In this document: one piece after another, positions 29,420 through 32,000 of the stretch
How the letters are laid out: each line of letters begins with the position of its first letter
How positions within the stretch are numbered: position 1 is the stretch's first letter
NCBI RefSeq assembly: GCF_000010065.1
Contig: NC_006576.1
Location: 1,410,001-1,442,000 of the forward strand
Origin: Synechococcus elongatus PCC 6301
GTDB taxonomy: Bacteria; Cyanobacteriota; Cyanobacteriia; Synechococcales; Synechococcaceae
Length of the DNA stretch: 32,000 bases
Reading direction: 5' to 3'
The notes under the pieces: model-generated
Databases searched by the model: none
Seen by the model: only the letters and a program-made list of their open reading frames with translations
Told to the model about the DNA's origin: nothing
Made by a program: the position numbers and the translations under genes

Positions 29420-29805
29420 GAGCGAGGCGGCAAGGACTCGGAGACAGCGATCGGGTCACTAGGATGTGCAAGCCGTCGCCGCAACCGCTGCACCGTCACA
29501 CCTGCTTCGATCGCAGAGCCAAGACCTACGGCGATCCAACCTAAACTGGCAGTTTTGAGGGCAGCCCAGGCAAAATTGGTAGCGCGATCTTCAAAGCTCA
29601 CGGAAGGCGTTCTGGCCCATGCGATCGCCCCGGAGAGGCTGCCGCTCCCCAGTGCTGCCAAAAAAGCAATCAACGCACCCAGCCAGTAGGCTTTCCAGCG
29701 TCTTTGATAGACATAACCGCCGCCATTACAGGTCAGGTTAAATAAAACTGCAATCCAAATCGCAGTTTCAGCCAGCGATCGCTGGCGTTCTTGAGGAGTC
29801 AGCAT
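29416..29805 (-). CDS. hypothetical membrane protein (129 aa)
   Basis: ORF with three hydrophobic segments. 4-nt ATGA-type overlap with the PiT gene start implies co-translation. No family recognised. Confidence 0.55.
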   Translation of the reverse strand: MLTPQERQRSLAETAIWIAVLFNLTCNGGGYVYQRRWKAYWLGALIAFLAALGSGSLSGAIAWARTPSVSFEDRATNFAWAALKTASLGWIAVGLGSAIEAGVTVQRLRRRLAHPSDPIAVSESLPPRS

Positions 29806-30001
29806 TGACCCAACCCATCGCTTTCTGGACCATACGCTGCTGCCGGTTCGCCCTGCTTCAACTCGCGTTAATCAGCATCTAGATCGGATTGCTAATTGAT
29901 GATTTCAGGTTGACCAGTGATAGGAATTCTTGAACGGATAAACAAACTTAGTCAGCCTCGCGATCGCTCAGCAATCAGCCAATCTTTAAGTCAATAATTC
30001 G

Positions 30002-30727
30002 ATGGCCTCCACAGATCAGCATTATGAACAACTGCTCGCGCCGATTTACGAATGGATGGCTGGTGGCGCTGAGGCAGCACTCACTGCTGGTGCTGCTGAC
30101 TTAGAGGGACTTTTGCACTCGCCGGGGCTCTGTTTGGATTTGGGTGCGGGCTTTGGCATGCATGCGATTCCACTCGCACAAGCAGGCTTTGAGGTGATCG
30201 CGATCGATTCTTCGGCGCAGCTCTTGGCGCGGTTACAGGAGTTAGCGGGTTCTCTGCCGATTCAGTCGGTTTGTGCTGATTTGCTGGACTTTCCTGAGCA
30301 TCTGCCGGCAGGCCGCAAGCCAAGCCTGATCGTCTGCATGGGCGACACCTTAACTCACCTCGATAGTCTTGAGGCAGTCGATCGCTTAGCGAGTCTGGCC
30401 GCTGAACATCTCGCACCGGGTGGGCGTTTTCTGGCGACATTCCGCGATTATTCGCAGCCACTTCAGGGCGATCGCCGCTTTATTCCGGTGCGATCGGATC
30501 AGTCTCGAATCCTCACCTGCTTTCTGGAAGAACAAGGCGATCGCATCTGTGTGCATGACATCCTCCATGAACGGCAGGGCGATCAATGGACGATGCAAGT
30601 CAATCACTATCTGCAGCTGCGGCTAGCACCCGAAACAGTTCGCCAGATTTTTGTAGATAAGGGCTTCATGACGCAGATAGAGGCAGCACCGAGAGGTATG
30701 CTGCGCCTAATTAGCGATCGCCATTGA
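30002..30727 (+). CDS. class I SAM-dependent methyltransferase
   Basis: 241-aa ORF. Motif I CLDLGAGFGMHAIPLAQAGFEVIAIDSS and post-I/II spacing typical of Rossmann-fold methyltransferases. It is GC-rich and contains HIP1 sites, so it belongs to the native chromosome. Confidence 0.8.
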   Translation: MASTDQHYEQLLAPIYEWMAGGAEAALTAGAADLEGLLHSPGLCLDLGAGFGMHAIPLAQAGFEVIAIDSSAQLLARLQELAGSLPIQSVCADLLDFPEHLPAGRKPSLIVCMGDTLTHLDSLEAVDRLASLAAEHLAPGGRFLATFRDYSQPLQGDRRFIPVRSDQSRILTCFLEEQGDRICVHDILHERQGDQWTMQVNHYLQLRLAPETVRQIFVDKGFMTQIEAAPRGMLRLISDRH

Positions 30728-31006
30728 AGTGATGACAGTATAATCGTATATTTATTAAATTAAGTAAGGAGTTTTCAGCGCTTCATTTACATGGATTTCA
30801 CTACACCCTCCAAGAAATTGGAAGACATCTTCTGAAAGATTGCACCCAATCAATATCTCTTGCCTAAATGTTAACAAATAGTTTGGTGGTCTAATGACCT
30901 TCATCAGCAACAGCTAACTTAATGTAAGAATTTTGTAATCACGCAATACATTAAGATAATTCTGAGACAAGCTTCATCACAGCATTTTGCCCTTATACTG
31001 GAGAAG

Positions 31007-31012
31007 TATAAT
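31007..31012 (+). promoter_or_regulatory. candidate -10 box (TATAAT) for the ATPase gene
   Basis: Perfect TATAAT 79 nt upstream of the ATG. There is no convincing -35: TTGCCC at 30987..30992 is only 14 nt away. AT-rich DNA produces such hexamers by chance. Confidence 0.25.
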
Positions 31013-31077
31013 ATGTAGATTCTTGATTTACGGCAATAGACTGCCAACTCATGATCAAGAAGTTAAACTAAGGCTTT

Positions 31078-31082
31078 AGGAG
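31078..31082 (+). promoter_or_regulatory. Shine-Dalgarno sequence AGGAG
   Basis: AGGAG lies 8 nt upstream of the ATG at 31091. Confidence 0.6.
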
Positions 31083-31090
31083 TCGAGAAA

Positions 31091-32000
31091 ATGAAAATTA
31101 AGCGAATTTCTGTATATGGTTTATTTGGAGTTTTTGATCACACAATTTCCTTAAACACTAATCAAAGAATTACTATTATTCATGGTCCTAATGGCTTTGG
31201 AAAAACAGCAGTATTAAGACTATTAAACAGCTTTTTTAATTCTCGATATTCCGAGTTAAGATCAATTTCATTTAATAAATTCAAGGTAGAGTTAAATGAT
31301 GATACAGTTATTGAAGTTGCAAGAGAAATAAAAGACTTTCACGAGTCAGGAAGAGTTGATATAACTTTTTATTTATACAAACCTAACATCGAGAGAAAAT
31401 CCTTCTCTTTAGGTCAGGTTAAATATTCTCCCGATATAGGTTTTCCTATTGGTATCCTAGATGAAGTAGTGCCAGGTCTGGAAAGAATAGATACCAGAAA
31501 GTGGATGTATCTTCCCACCGATGAGGTTTTATCTTTAGAAGAAGTTGTTGAGCGTTTTGGAGACTCATTACCTGACTCTTTATCTGCAAATTTAAGGGGA
31601 TCTTATTCAAAAGAAGAACCTGTGTGGTTGAAGGACATAAAAAATGCTATTCACATTCGCCTCATTGAATCGCAGCGACTACTTAATCTCGTTCCTAGTC
31701 GTTCTTCCAGAACATATCGTGGAACACCTTTAATGCTATCTACTGTCTCCGCTTATTCGGATGAACTTGCAAAGCTCATGCAAGATAAATTCAAGGAATA
31801 TGGCACAACATCGCAATCTCTTGACAGAACATTTCCATTGAGAGTGGTAAAGCAACAGCCATCTTCGGACGTATCAGATGAGCAGCTTCGCAACCAGTTG
31901 GATGAGCTTGAGTCAACTCGTTCTCGTCTCATAGAGGTAGGACTACTAGATAAAGAAGAAGATTCAGAATTTCAAATTCAACCTCAAGATATTGATGAGA
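31091..32000 (+). CDS. SMC/RecF-like ABC-type ATPase, N-terminal 303 aa only (runs off the right edge)
   Basis: I translated this by hand and found no stop from ATG 31091 to 32000, which is why it is missing from the ORF track. The sequence begins MKIKRISVYGLFGVFDHTISLNTNQRITIIHGPNGFGKTAVLRLLNSFF. That is a beta-strand lead-in plus Walker A GPNGFGKT (31184..31207), typical of RecF/SMC/Rad50-type ABC ATPases. A candidate Q-loop is at IRLIESQRL. It is followed by a charged, helical-looking stretch (DELAKLMQDKFKEY ... SDEQLRNQLDELESTRSRLIEVGLL). Confidence 0.75.
   Translation, partial: MKIKRISVYGLFGVFDHTISLNTNQRITIIHGPNGFGKTAVLRLLNSFFNSRYSELRSISFNKFKVELNDDTVIEVAREIKDFHESGRVDITFYLYKPNIERKSFSLGQVKYSPDIGFPIGILDEVVPGLERIDTRKWMYLPTDEVLSLEEVVERFGDSLPDSLSANLRGSYSKEEPVWLKDIKNAIHIRLIESQRLLNLVPSRSSRTYRGTPLMLSTVSAYSDELAKLMQDKFKEYGTTSQSLDRTFPLRVVKQQPSSDVSDEQLRNQLDELESTRSRLIEVGLLDKEEDSEFQIQPQDIDE

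Larger units (their letters stand above)
30728..32000. other. AT-rich, HIP1-free segment; probable horizontally acquired DNA (only the left boundary is visible)
   Basis: No GCGATCGC in these 1273 nt, against one every few hundred nt everywhere to the left (last copy 30714..30721). Two 60-nt lines I counted by hand gave about 28% and 50% GC. Codons in the ORF here are strongly A/T-ending (AAA, TTA, AGA, ATA). Confidence 0.7.

Noticed and set aside
29806-30001. Possible Pho box (tandem 8-bp PhoB/SphR sites at 11-bp spacing) upstream of the PiT operon
   Set aside because: Starting from GTTAATCA, the elements at 11-bp phasing (TCTAGATC, TTGCTAAT, TGATTTCA) do not resemble one another or the CTTAACCT-type consensus I recall.
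30791-30835. Short plus-strand ORFs in the AT-rich leader, for example the 14-aa MDFTTPSKKLEDIF
   Set aside because: They are very short, the nearest AAGGAG is about 19 nt away, and nothing distinguishes them from chance.

Overview
GC-rich cyanobacterial chromosomal DNA saturated with the HIP1 octamer GCGATCGC. Composition and gene order fit a Synechococcus elongatus-type genome; that is inference from memory, with no search run. About 28 tightly packed genes are mostly housekeeping. They include a TPR/GT9 protein running off the left edge, the NAD salvage pair NadV plus NadM-Nudix, ribD, a BT1 transporter overlapping a carotenoid cleavage dioxygenase, a pentapeptide-repeat protein, polA, a Tic20-like protein, a class V aminotransferase, cbiD, guaA, a LOV-GGDEF-EAL sensor, a DUF21/CBS transporter, an operon of membrane protein-PiT-GGT-small protein, and a SAM methyltransferase. 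I recognised no rRNA, tRNA, CRISPR array, transposase or integrase. Two regions stand out. (1) 6794..11890 is a five-gene, translationally coupled respiratory operon: cbb3-like CcoN, CcoO with a CcoQ-like tail, two paralogous DUF2231 membrane proteins in place of CcoP, and a type II NADH dehydrogenase. (2) At 30728, immediately after the methyltransferase stop codon, the DNA becomes AT-rich and HIP1-free. A 363-bp non-coding leader is followed by a strong-RBS ORF (31091 to the window end, absent from the ORF track because it has no stop) encoding an SMC/RecF-like ABC ATPase. This looks like the left edge of a horizontally acquired, probably defence-type, island whose partner genes lie beyond the window. 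All product calls rest on motifs I read in the translations; no HMM or BLAST search was possible.
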